A stretch of 60,000 bases of DNA from the NCBI RefSeq assembly GCF_963921235.1, contig NC_086097.1, forward strand, positions 140,618,001 through 140,678,000. The letters are read 5' to 3'. A program made the translations under genes and the position numbers. Shown piece by piece: positions 9,863-23,453 of this stretch. The notes below the pieces were generated by a model. That model was not told the origin of the DNA and did no database searches. It was given only the letters and a program-made list of their open reading frames with translations. How positions within the stretch are numbered: position 1 is the stretch's first letter; the number at the start of each line of letters is the position of its first letter. The stretch comes from Mobula hypostoma (lineage: Eukaryota).

Positions 9863-12800
9863 TCAATGCTTTCTCTGTCCCTGGCGCTGTGAAGACTAGA
9901 GCTGGCCACATTGGCAAGAAACACTCCACTCAGCAGCATCCTGTTAGATATTGCTTGGCTGATGGTGAGCTGATCCCTCGTCAGGACCTTTACACAGAAC
10001 CCGAGACTCTGTACCAACACAACAGTCCTTGAATATGTCATGGGGTGAGACTGTCACCCTGATTCTTCCGTGTATGTCAAGGTGGTTAGGAAGGATATAC
10101 AGAAGTGTGTTAAGGTTCATTTGAGTGGCTACATAACACAGAGCTGTGGTCTGTTCCATGGACACTCTGAGATAAACATCACTACTGCTTGAAGATGATC
10201 AATTCAGCAAAAGATACACTTTGGTCTGCCAGAACTTATTGGTGTTCCAGTGAAAAGAGTTGTTCACAGGTACAAAAGCCGGTTCCTTGGTGTACTGTGA
10301 TCAAACTGACCATCAGATACCTGCTCATACTAATCCCATTTTCCATCACTTCTCCTTAGATTTCCATGCCACAGAGTGTCCCACCACCCTTTTCACACTT
10401 TGTGTTCCTGATTTAAATCTCTTGTATGAAAAAAAAAATTCTTCCTCAAGTCTGCCTCCCCTTAACATCATTTTCCTGCCACAACAAATTACTATGTTCC
10501 ATTGTTATCCGAAGTCCATCAATTTCTATATGGAAGAAACTCAATGAATGGGATTCTAAGATGGGGAACTTCAGAGGTTTACTGCACTTTGAGTTCAAAT
10601 TTCAAAGTAAACTTATCAAAGTTCATACAGTATATGTCACAATATTCCACGAGATTCATTTCCTTGCAGCCATTCACAGTAAATACAGAGAAATGTAACA
10701 GAAACACACAACAAAGATGGACAAACAACCAATGTGCAAGAGACAAGCTGTGCAAATAAAAGAACAAAGCAATAATAATAAATATTGTGAATGTAATTGA
10801 AGAGTCCTTGAAAACGAGTCCACAAGTTGTGGGATCTGTGAAGAAACTTAGAATTTCAGCCCTAACTGAATTACCCTTTATTTTGAGACTATGACCACTT
10901 TCTGCATTTGGAAGCCTTAGCCGGGGAAGCATCCACAGTTTGCATACTCTGTCAAGCACTTTAGGATATTTGTTTCCATAAGGTCACTGATTGTTGTTAA
11001 ATTCTAAATAGAGACCTAGCCTGTTCAATCTCTCTCTCAAGTAAAAGACCCATGATACCAGGGAACAGGACAATGAATATTCCATTACACAGATTCTCTA
11101 GCAAAGTATATCATTATTCAGCAAGGAAACCAAAGTTCTATAAGGCTCCAGAAGTCCGATTTCACCAGGGTGCCTGAGAATTTCAATGATCCAAGGTTTA
11201 GGAAAAAAAGAATCGACAGTAGATAAAATGGCTACGTTCAATGCAACCTTGGTTACTTGTACACCCAAGGAAAACTGTACTCTTATACTCAGGTATGCTT
11301 TATTGTATTAAAGGGCAACATGGCATTGTCCTTCCTAAGTACCTGCTGCATTTTCATGCTAGTTTTCAGTGACATTTGTACCAGAAACCCAAGTTCCACT
11401 TAACATCACCATTTCCCATCATTCACCAACTAACAGTCTGTATTGCTATGCTGAAGTAGAAAGCCTCACATTTTTCCATGTTCTCTTCCATTGCTCTGTG
11501 ATTACCACTTTACTGTCATCCTTTTCCCCTTGAATCACAATTAGTTCCTCCATGAAACTGTAGATACCTATAATTAAATCCACTGTTGCATGCAATGCAC
11601 CTCCACTGCTTTTAGATCATTGGAAAAAAAAAAGGGGATTTGAAGATCAGTACCTCAGAGCTAGCCCAAAGCTCATGGTGTACAGTACATAACGGCAGTG
11701 ATCATAAGATATAGGAGCAGAATTAGCCCATTTGGCCCATTCAGTCATAGTTGATTCTTTTATTTCCCCTCCTCACCCCTTCTCTCCTTAACCTTTGATG
11801 CAATGGCCAATCAAAAACCCAATCTCTGCCTCAAGTACACCCAGCGACCTGGCCTCCACAGCTGCCTGTGCTAACAAATTCACCACCCTCTGACTAGACA
11901 AATCTCTCCGCATCTCTGTTTTAAATGGACGCCCCTCTATCCTGAAGCTGTGCCCTCTTGTCCTAAACTCCCCCACCATGGGAAACATCCTTTCCACATC
12001 TTCTGTCTAGGCCTTTCAACATTCAAAAAGTTTCAATGAGATACTCCCCACCCCCCATCCTTCCAAATTTCAGTGAATACAGGCCCAGAGCCATCAAATG
12101 TTTCTCGTATGATAACCCTTTCATTCCCAGAATCATCCTTGTGACCCTCCTCTGAAACCTCTCCAATGCCAGCACATCTTTTCTTAGATAGGAAGCCCAA
12201 AACTGTTTACAATACTCAAGGGACTCAAGGTGAGGCCTCACCAGTGCCTTATAAAGCCTCGGTATCCCATTCCTGCTATTGTAGTCTAGACCTCTTGAAA
12301 TGAATGCTAACATTGCATTTGCCTCCTCAACACTGATTCAACCTTCAGGGTGTTCTGCACAAGAACTCCCAGGTCCCTTTGCATCTCAGATTTTTGGATT
12401 TTCTTGCCATTTAGAAAATAGTCTGTACATTTATTTCTACAATCGAAGTGCATGACCATGCATTTTCCAACATTGTATTTCATTTGCCACTTTCTCCTGT
12501 CCAAGTCCTTCTGCAGCCATCTTGTTTGCTCAAAACTACCTGCTGCTCTATCAATCTTCATATCCTCTGCAAACTTAGCAACAAAGCCATCTATTCCATC
12601 ATCTAAATCATGGATATACAGCATAAAAAGCAGTCCCTACACCCACCCCTGCGAACACCACTAGTCACTGGCAGTCAATCAAAAAAAGATCCTTTTATTC
12701 ACACTCGCTGCCTCCTACCAATCAGCTAATGCTCTAATCATGCTAGTAACTTTCCTGTAATTTCATGGGCTTTATAAGCTGCCGCACGTGTGAGACCTTG

Positions 12801-15800
12801 TCAAAGGCCTTCTGAAAATCCAAATATACAACATCACTGCATCCCCTTTATCTGTCCTACTTGTAATCTCCTCAAAGACTTCCAACAGGTTCGTCAGGCA
12901 AGATTTTCCCTCAAGGAAACCATGATAATTTTGTCCTATCTTGTCCCATGTCACCAAGTACTCCATAACCTCATCCTTAACAATTAACTCCTTCCCAACC
13001 GCTGATGCAAGGCTAACTGGTCTATAATTTCCTTTTTGCTGCCTCCCTCCTTTCTTAGAGTAGAGTGAGATTTGCAATTTTCCAGTCCTCCAGAACCATG
13101 TCTGAGTCCAATTATTCTTGAAATATCATTAGTAATGCCTTCACAATCTCTATTGCTGCCTCTTTCAGAGCCCCAGGGTGCAGTTCATCTGGTCCAGGTG
13201 ACTTTTGTGCCTTTAGGTCTTACAACTTTTTGAGTGCCTTCTAACTTGTAATGGTAACTGCATTCACTTCTCTTCCCTCACATCCTACAACATCTGGCAC
13301 ACTGCTAGTGTCTTCCGTACACATATACACATACTTGAAAAAGCTTCCTTTACCCACCTTGATATTGTTTGCTAGCTTGCTTTCGTATTTCATCTTTTCC
13401 CTGCTAATGATTCTTTTAGTTGCTCTCTGTAGGGTTTTAAAAGCTTCCCAATCCTCTGTCTTCCCACTAATTTTTGCTTTGATATATACTCTCTTTCACT
13501 TTTACATTAGCTATGACTTCCCTTGTCAGCCACAGTTGTACTATTTTGCCATTTGAGTACTACTTTGTTTTTGGGATACAAAATCTCCTTCCAACTTACT
13601 TTGGCCAACTCCTCTCTCATACCACTGTATTTTCCTTTACTCCACTGAAAAACTGCTATGTCAGAATTTACTTCCTTCCTATCAAATTTCAAATTGAGCT
13701 CAATCCTATCTTGATCAATGTCTTCTTAGTGTTCCTTTATCTTAAGCTCCCCAATCACCTCTGGTTCTTTGCATAACACCCAATCCAGTATAGCTAATAG
13801 TAGGCTCAAAGACAACTGCTCTAAAGAGCCATCTCATGGGCATTCAACAAATTCACTCTTGAGATCCACTACCAACCTGATTCTCCCAATCGACCTGCAT
13901 TTTAAAATCTCCCATGACAATCATAACATTGCTCTTTTGACTCGCCTTTTCTATTTACTGTGGTAATCTGTAGTCCACCTCCCAGTTACTGTTTGGAGGC
14001 CTGTTTATAACTGCCATCAGGTACCCCTGCAGTTTCTTAACTCAACCCACAGGGATTCAACATCTTCCAATCCCATGTCACAACTTTCTAATGATTTGAT
14101 AACATGTTTTACCAGCAGAGCCATGTCACCCCCTCTTCCTATCCCTCCAATACAATGTGAAACCTTGCATATTCAGCTCCCCACTACATCCATCCTTCAG
14201 ACACAATTCAGTGATGGCCACAACATCGTACCCAACAGTTTGTAAAAGTTCCACAAGACTATGCACATTATTTCTTGTACTCTGTGCATTGAGATACAAC
14301 ACTTCTGCATCCCTAATGCACTGAAACTCACCCTGCTAGCTGCAATTTTGCCTTATCATCTGCCTTCCCTTCCTGACAGTCTGACTGTACACTATCTTTG
14401 TTTTTTTAAACCATCCGTCCTGTCCCAGGTCCCTTCACTCCAGTTCCCAGCCCCCTGCCAAATTAGGTTAAACCCTCTGTAACAGCTCTAACAAACCTGC
14501 CTGCCAGAATATTGGTCACGCCTCAGGCTCAGGTGCAACCCGTCCCTTTTGTATAAGTCATACCTTCTCCAGAAGAGATCCCAGTGATCCAAGAACCTGA
14601 AGCCATGCCCCCTGCACCGGCTTCTCAGCCATGTATTGATCTGCCAAATCATCCTGTTTCTACCCTCACTGGCACTTGGTACAAGTAGCAGTCCAGAAAT
14701 AACCTCACTGGAGGTCCTGCTTCTCAGCTTTCTGAGTAGCTCTCCAAATTCTATCTTCCAAGACCTCATTGCTGTTCCTTCCTGTGTCATTGGTACCAAT
14801 ATGTACCAAGACATCTGGGTGCTCTCCTTCCCTCTCCAAAATGCTGAAGATGTGATGCAAGACATCATTGACCCTGAGACATAGGAGCAGAATTGAGTCC
14901 ACTGAGTCTGCACCGCCATTCTGTCCTGGCTGGTCCTGGATCCTCCTCAACCCCACGCACCTGCCTTCTCACCATAACGTAGTTTCCTGATTGGTCAGGA
15001 CATCAATCAATTATCGCTTTAAACATAACCACGTTCTTGGCCTCCACAGCTGTCTGACAGAGCATTCCACAGGTTTACTACTCTGGCTCCAAAAAGAAGA
15101 AAAAAAGTCCTCCTTACCTCTGTTCTGAAGGGTCGTCCCTCAATTTCGGGGCTGTGCCCTCTAGTTCTGAACACCCGCACAACAGGAAACATTGTCTCCA
15201 CATCCACCTTATCTAGTCCTTTCAACAGGTTTCAATAAGATCCAACACCGCCCCCCCCCACATTCTTTAAAATTACAGTGAATACAGGCCTAAAGCTGCC
15301 AAATGCTTCTCATATGTTAACCCCTTCATTCCCAGAATCATCCTTGGGAAACTCCTCTGGACTCTCCAATGACAACACATCCTTTCTGGGATATAGGCCC
15401 CAAAACTGTTTACGATACGCCAAGTGCAGCCCAACTAGTGTCTTATAACGCCTCAGCATTATCTCTTTGTTTTATATTGTATTCCCCTTGAAATGAATGC
15501 CAACATTGCATTTGCCTTCTTTACCACAGAGTGAACCTGTAAATTAACCTTCTGGGAATCTTGCACAATGACTCCCAAGTCCCTTTGTACCTCTGATGTT
15601 TGAATTTTCTCTCCATTTAGATAATAGTCTGCACTATTGTTCCTTTTATCAAAATGCATCATCGTACATTTCCCAACACTGTATTCCATCTGCCCCTTTT
15701 TTTGCCCATTCTTCCAATTTGTCCAAGTCCTGTTACAATCGCATTGCTTCCTTAGCACTGCCTACCCCTCCACCTATCTTGGTATCATCCACAAACTTTG

Positions 15801-18800
15801 TCACAAAGCCATCAATTCCATTATCCAAATCACTGACAACCAATATGAAAAGTAGCGGTCGTAGTACTGATGCCTGAGGAACACCACTAGTCACTGGCAG
15901 CCAACCAGAAAAGGTCCCCTTTATTCTTGCTCGCTGCCTCCTCCATGTCAGCTATTCCTCTATCCATGCCAGTATCTTTCCTATACTGCCATGGGATTTT
16001 ATCTTGTTCAGCAGCCTCGTGTGGCACCTTATCAAATGCCTTCTGAAAATTCAAGTAAATGACATCCACTGCTTCTCCTTTGTCCACGATGCTTGTTACT
16101 TCCTTAAAGAACTCAACAGATTTGTCAAAGACAAGATTTCCCTTCGCAGAAACCATGTTAAATTTGACTTATTTTATCATTAGTTTCCAAGTATCTCAAA
16201 ACCTCATCCTTAATATTGGACTCCAACACTCTCCCAACCACTGAGGTACAGCTAAATGGCCTGCAATTTCTTTTGCCTTCCTCCCTTCTTAAAGAGAAGG
16301 TAACATTTGTAATTTTCCAGTCCTCCAGAACCATGCTAGAATTCTTAAAGTCCTTAACTTCCCTGTCAGCCACGGTTGCCTATCCCTGACATTTGAGAAC
16401 TACTTCTGTGGGACATACCTATCCTGCGTCTTGTGAACTATTCCCAGAAACTTCAGCCATCTCTGGTCTGCTGTCAAAATGCCAGTATCCTCCTCCAATC
16501 CACCCTGGCAAGCTCCTCTCTCATTCCTCTGTAATTCCCTTTATTCTATTGTGATACTGATACTTGTGACTTATGCTTCTCCCTCTCAAATTGCAGTTCC
16601 AGGGATTCCTTTACCTTAAGCTCCCTAATAAGATCTGGGTTATTATACAACACCCAATCTAAGATAGCCTTTCCCCAAGTTGGCACAAGCACAAGCTGCT
16701 CTGAAAAGCCATCTCATAGGCACCCAACAGATTCACTCTCTTGCGATCCGACACCAGTCTGATTTTCCCAATCCCTTTGCATATTGAAGTCCTCCATTAC
16801 AATTGTGACATTACCCTTATTACATGCCGTTTCCAGCTCCCTTTGCAAACTCAACCCTGCATCTTGACTGCTATTTGGAGGCCTATATATGTGATTCCCA
16901 TAATAGTTTTTTTTTAACCCTTGCAATTTCTTAACTCCACTCAGAAAGATTCAACATTTCTTCGACCCTGTGTCACCTCTTTCTAAAGATGTAATTCCAT
17001 CACCTACCAACAGAGCGACACCATTGCCTTTGTCTTCCTGCCTATCCTTTTAGTACAAGGTATATCCTTTGATATTAAGCTCCCAACTATGACCTTCTTT
17101 CAGCCATGACTCAGTGATCCCCACAACGTCATACTGACCAATCTCTTAATTGTGCGACAAGTTCATCCACCTTATTCCAAATACTATGTGCATTTAAATA
17201 CAGCACCTCCAGTCCTGCATTCTTCACCCTTTTGAATTTTGCTGCTGTGGTATAATTTAATTCTTTGCACTGTTTGCATTTGTACCCAGTCATTGGCTTG
17301 TCCTTCCTTACATCCACGATCTACTTGTAAACCTGCTGGCTCATCCTCAGCTCTATCATCCTGGTTCCCATCCCCCTGCCATATTAGTTTAAACCACTCC
17401 CAACAGCTCTAGTAAACCTGCTTGCAAAGATATTGGTACCCTTCAGATTCAAATGCAAGCTTTTGCAGAGGTGCCACCTACCCCAGAAGAGGTCCCAATG
17501 ATCCAGAATCTGAATCCCTGACCCCTACTCCAATTCTTCAGCCACACATTTATTTGCCACCTCATTCTATTCCTATCCTCACTGTCGTGTGACACAGGCA
17601 GCAATCCTGAGATTACTACTCTTGAGGTCCTGCTTCTCAACTTCCTTCCTAACTCCCTGTACTCTGTTTTCAGGACCTGCTTCCTTTCTCTACCCATGTT
17701 GTTGGTACCAATATGTATGACTTCTGGCTGCTCACCCTCCCTTTTCAGGATATTGTGGATGTGTTCAGAAACATAGAAACATAGAAAATAGGTGCAGGAG
17801 TAGGCCATTCGGCCCTTCGAGCCTGCACCGCCATTTATTATGATCATGGCTGATCCTCCAACTCAGAACCCCGCCCCAGCCTTCCCTCCATACCCCCTGA
17901 CCCCCGTAGCCACAAGGGCCATATCTAACTCCCTCTTAAATATAGCCAATGAACTGGCCTCAACTGTTTCCTGTGGCAGAGAATTCCACAGATTCACCAC
18001 TCTCTGTGTGAAGAAGTTTTTCCTAATCTCGGTCCTAAAAGGCTTCCCCTCTATCCTCAAACTGTGGCCCCTCGTTCTGGACTTCCCCAACATCGGGAAC
18101 AATCTTCCTGCATCTAGCCTGTCCAATCCCTTTAGGATCTTATACGTTTCAATCAGATCCCCCCTCAATCTTCTAAATTCCAACGAGTACAAGCCCAGTT
18201 CATCCAGTCTTTCTTCATATGAAAGTCCTGCCATCCCAGGAATTAATCTGGTGAACCTTCTTTGTACTCCCTCTATGGCAAGGATGTCTTTCCTCAGATT
18301 AGGGGACCAAAACTGCACACAATACTCCAGGTGTGGTCTCACCAAGGCCTTGTACAACTGCAGTAGTACCTCCCTGCTCCTGTACTCGAATCCTCTCGCT
18401 ATAAATGCCAGCATACCATTCGCCTTTTTCACCGCCTGCTGCACCTGCATGCCCACTTTCAATGACTGGTGTATAATGACTCCCAGGTCTCGTTGCACCT
18501 CCCCTTTTCCTAATTGGCCACCATTCTGTTTTCCTATTTTTGCCACCAAAGTGGATAACTTCACATTTATCCACATTAAATTGCATCTGCCATGAATTTG
18601 CCCACTCACCCAACCTATCCAAGTCACCCTGCATCCTCTTAGCATCCTCCTCACAGCTAACACTGCCACCCAGCTTCGTGTCATCCGCAAACTTGGAGAT
18701 GCTGCATTTAATTCCCTCATCCAAGTCATTAATATATATTGTAAACAACTGGGGTCCCAGCACTGAGCCTTGCGGTACCCCACTAGTCACCGCCTGCCAT

Positions 18801-19657
18801 TCTGAAAAGGTTCCGTTTATTCCCACTCTTTGCTTCCTGTCTGCTAACCAATTCTCCACCCACACCAATACCTTACCCCCAATACCGTGTGCTTTAAGTT
18901 TGCACACTAATCTCCTGTGTGGGACCTTGTCAAAAGCCTTTTGAAAATCCAAATATACCACATCCACTGGTTCTCCCCTATCCACTCTACTAGTTACATC
19001 CTCAAAAAATTCTATGAGATTCGTCAGACATGATTTTCCTTTCACAAATCCATGCTGACTTTGTCCGATGATTTCACCGCTTTCCAAATGTGCTGTTATC
19101 ACATCCTTGATAACTGACTCCAGCAGTTTCCCCACCACCGATGTTAGGTTAACCGGTCTATAATTCCCCGGTTTCTCTCTCCCTCCTTTTTTAAAAAGTG
19201 GAGTTACATTAGCCACCCTCCAATCCTCAGGAACTAGTCCAGAATCTAACGAGTTTTGAAAAATTATCACTAATGCATCCACTATTTCTTGGGCTATTTC
19301 CTTTCTTTCTTTTTAAATCTTTTTATTGAATAAGTATACAAAAAGGTAAACCATATAAACATTAATACAATGTTAAAATATAATAAAATTCCAGAAGGTA
19401 TCAATACCAAAAAAAATACTACAAACAATGTAATTTAAACATAAAAAACCAAGATAACATAATAGTATACTAAATTTTATATATATATCAATGGAAAAAA
19501 AAGAAAAAAAAAACCCCAAAAAAAACCCACCGTGCAACTAACTAAAAGCAAAGCAAAGCAATGGGCTAACTTGAAACCAAACAGAGTTAAACTTAAAATC
19601 ACGTCCTCAATCCCGACCTCCATTAAAAACAGTGAAAAAAAACAAGAAGGGTATGTA

Positions 19658-21397
19658 TTACATTAAATGAAAGTATCGAATAAAAGGTCCCCAAATCTGT
19701 TCAAATTTAAATGAAGAATCATAAAGGTTGCTTCTAATTTTCTCCAGATTCAAACATAAAATCGTCTGAGAGAACCAAAAAAAGGTAGTTGGAGCATTAA
19801 GCTCTTTCCAATGTTGTAAAATACATCTTTTTGCCATTAAAGTAAGAAATGCGATCATTCTACGGGCTGAAGGGGAAAGATTACTAGAAATTTTAGGAAG
19901 TCCAAAGATAGCAGTAATAGGGTGAGGAGAGATATCTATATTTAATACCTTAGAAATAATATTAAAAATATCTCTCCAAAAAGTTTCCAAAGTAGGACAA
20001 GACCAAAACATATGAGTTAAAGAGGCTATCTGCCCCGAACATCTATCACAAAAAGGATTAATATGCGAGTAAAAACGCGCTAACTTATCTTTGGACATAT
20101 GTGCTCTATGAACCACTTTAAATTGAATTAGGGAATGTTTAGCACAAATAGAGGAAGTATTAACTAATTGTAAAATCTGCCCCCAATCATCCACAGAAAT
20201 GGTGAGCCCCAATTCCTGTTCCCAATCTACCCTAATCTTATCAAATGGAGCTTTCCTAAGTTTCATAATAATATTATAAATCATAGCCGATGCACCTTTC
20301 TGACATGGATTGAGGTTAATTATCGAATCTAAAATATATGTAGGAGGAAGCATTGGAAAGGAAGAAAGTATGGTACTTAGGAAATTTCTAACTTGTAAAT
20401 ATCTAAAAAAATGTATTCTTGATAAATTATATTTATTAGATAATTGTTCAAAAGACATAAGGGAACCATCTAAAAATAAATCCAAAAACCGTAAAATACC
20501 CTTAGTCTTCCAGGTTTGAAAAGCGCGATCCGTAAAAGAGGGAGGAAAAAATATGTTACCTAAAATAGGAATCGCTAACCCGAATTGATTAAGATCAAAA
20601 AATTTTCTGAATTGAAACCAAATGCGCAAAGCATATTTAACTATCGGGTTAGAGACCTGCTTAAGGCGTTTCGAATCAAAAGGGAGAGAGGAACCTAAAA
20701 TAGAGCCAAGTGTATAACCCTGAACAGATTGTAGTTCCAATGCTACCCATTTAGGAATAGATAGTATATCCTGATCAAGTAACCAAAATTTCATATGTCG
20801 AATATTAATAGCCCAATAATAGAATCTAAAATTAGGTAATGCTAAACCTCCATCTCTCTTAGCTTTCTGTAAATGTATTTTACCCAGTCTCGGATTCTTA
20901 TTCTGCCAAATAAATGAAGAAATTTTAGAGTCAACTTTATCAAAAAAAGATTTTGGAACAAAAATTGGTAATGCCTGAAACACATTTAAAAATTTTGGCA
21001 AAAAAAACATCTTAACTGCATTAATACGACCAATCAAAGTTAAATATAAGGGAAACCATTTAGATGAAAGTTGAGTAATATGGTCTATTAATGGTAAAAA
21101 GTTAATCTTAAATAAATCTTTATATTTACAAGTAATTTTAATCCCAAGATAAGAAAAATAATTATCAATCAATTTAAATGGAAATTTATAATATAAGGGA
21201 AGATGTTTACTAATCGGAAAGAGTTCACTCTTACTAAGATTTAATTTATAACCTGAAAAAAAACCAAGTTGTGCTAATAACTCTAAAACAGCAGGATTGG
21301 ATTTCTCAGGATTAGAAATATATAACAGTAAATCATCAGCATAGAGTGATAATTTATGGAACTTTAATCCCCGAGTTATCTCAGTAATATTTGAAGA
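19658..21397 (-). pseudogene. L1 ORF2 C-terminal part (RT YADD to zinc knuckle), open frame
   Basis: HKLSLYADDLLLY (YADD 21343-21332), SGYKLNLSKSELF, YLGI, GGLALPNF and CDRC..LTHMFWSC in one uninterrupted frame. Confidence 0.88.
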
Positions 21398-21843
21398 TTA
21401 AGATCTCCGCCCCAGATCAATGAAAACTCGTTCAAATTCGGAAACTGATTAAACAATGATTTATAAAATTCCGGACAATCCATATTAGGAGCATAAACAT
21501 TAACCAAAACTACTTTTTTATTAAATAGTAAACCACTAACCAATAAAAATCTACCATTCGGATCAGAAATAATATCCTGTTGTATAAAAGTAACTGAGGA
21601 ATCTATAAAAATAGAGACGCCTCGAATCTTAGCATTGGAGTTCGAATGAAATTGTTGTCCCTTCCAGAATTTAAAAAAACGTAGTCTGTCCCCCCTCCGT
21701 ACATGGGTCTCTTGTAAAAATAAAATTTGTGCTTTAAGTCTCCGGAACACTTTAAAAACTTTATTCCTTTTAATAGGATGATTAAGACCGTTAGTATTCC
21801 AGGAGACAAAATTAATGATAGACTCCATAAATCCTAAAGTCAA
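21376..21843 (-). pseudogene. L1 ORF2 endonuclease N-half, truncated at GGDLN
   Basis: FVSWNTNGLNHPIKR, ILFLQETH, LVNVYAPN, WGGDLN, then an out-of-frame join. Confidence 0.88.
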
Positions 21844-22553
21844 CCCACATCGAGGGGGATTGACGATAGGCTCGACCCACGAACCCGGAGAGGAAACAGA
21901 ACATACAAAAGATACCGGGAAAAAGGACGCAACCAGTACTTCAATAATGTATATAGCCCAAAGAGAAAAAAACTAAAACGTGAAGCCCCTCCCACCACCC
22001 GCCGCCCCAAGACCCCAAGGCAAAATCTAAAGCAGACCCGCCGGAAAGAAGCAAGCGCTAAAACTACCCCCATGACTTCCGGTATACGCTCCCTAAAAAA
22101 AAAGGTATAAATATGAAAAAGATCAGCTAATTGTAAAACAGTAAAAAAGTAAAAAAAAGGTAACTCAATTAAAATACACACACAACAGAACAAAAGCCAG
22201 AAAATATATATTAAAAAAAAACCACAATAGACCCCAAACCCATGAATAAACAAAAAAACAACAAGAATAAATAAGATTATTAACATAAACTAGTTATAAA
22301 AAGCAAAAGAAAATAAAATTTTAAAAAAACTACAAAATTTAAGGCCACACAGGAAATACGTAAGATGACAAACAGGAAGTAACCACCCAAAATCCCCTGG
22401 GAAAAGAAAGAAATGACGCAGTTAAAAAGAAAGTTTAGCAACCATATTAAGAAATCAAAAAAATAAACTTTTCTGCCCAAATAGGGCACGAAAAAGTTAA
22501 AACCAACCAATTCACAGCCTCCGATCAACGGAGATAATTAAAAAAAATAGCAA

Positions 22554-23453
22554 TTAAGATGTTGAAGGTGACAATTGATCCAGATAACTCTGGGCATCCG
22601 ATGGAGAATCAAAAAAACGAAGGACTCCATCTGACATGCGAATCCTTAGACGTGCAGGGTACAGCAGCGCTGGTCTTAAATCCATCTTATAGAATTCCGA
22701 CATCACAGATCTGTAGCGAACCCGTTGGTCCCAGATTGGTTTACTGAAATCTTCCACGAATCGGAACTTAAGATCCGAAAAATCAATAAAACCTTTAGAT
22801 CGAGCGAATCGAAACAGTCTCTCCTTATCTTGAAAGTAATGAAAACGTAAAATAACATGCCTAGGTCTATCTGACCTAGACGAGTGTGATGGGATTCTGT
22901 GAACACGATCCAGTAGCGGTGGTTGGTCAGGAAATACAGTAGGGAATGCATCTTTTAAAAGTTGAGAAAAAAACTTCATGGGGTTGTTAGATTCAACAGC
23001 TTCACGCACCCCAATCATTCGTAAATTCTGCCGTCGCATCCTAGATTCCAAGTCAGAGTTTTTAAAAGTCAGAAAGTCAAGTTTCTTCTTCATTACATTA
23101 ATTATTTCTTCGATTTTCCCCATCTTAAGCTCACTTTGTTGCGCAGATTTTTGAAGATCAGATATAGCCGACTGATGTTCCGCAATGGATGTTTGCATCT
23201 TATCGATTGAATCGGCAATTTTCTGGAGATTAATTGAGATCTCCGTATGAATCAGGTCCATAACAGAACCTGCAATTTCCGTACGAATCATCTCCCTAAC
23301 AGAGGTTGAAATTTCCCTCTGAATTAACTCCGATATAGCTTTCAAAGTCACCGGTGATTCAGTTGGAGGAAAATCCATGCCTTTCGGTTTAACCGGAGGT
23401 TTACCATCCTTGCCGTTTTTCCCGTTCTTAGACATAGCAGATCTAAGTTCCAT
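22554..23453 (-). CDS. L1 ORF1p (coiled coil, RRM, CTD), intact 299 aa
   Basis: DLESRMRRQNLRMIGVRE, LDRVHRI, PRHVILRFHYFQDKE, FVEDFS and LLYPARLRI are typical L1 ORF1 motifs. Confidence 0.9.
   Translation of the reverse strand: MELRSAMSKNGKNGKDGKPPVKPKGMDFPPTESPVTLKAISELIQREISTSVREMIRTEIAGSVMDLIHTEISINLQKIADSIDKMQTSIAEHQSAISDLQKSAQQSELKMGKIEEIINVMKKKLDFLTFKNSDLESRMRRQNLRMIGVREAVESNNPMKFFSQLLKDAFPTVFPDQPPLLDRVHRIPSHSSRSDRPRHVILRFHYFQDKERLFRFARSKGFIDFSDLKFRFVEDFSKPIWDQRVRYRSVMSEFYKMDLRPALLYPARLRIRMSDGVLRFFDSPSDAQSYLDQLSPSTS

Noticed and set aside
21840..22528. Hydrophobic, membrane-like ORFs between L1 ORF1 and ORF2
   Set aside because: By-product of T-rich composition (Phe/Leu/Ile codons).
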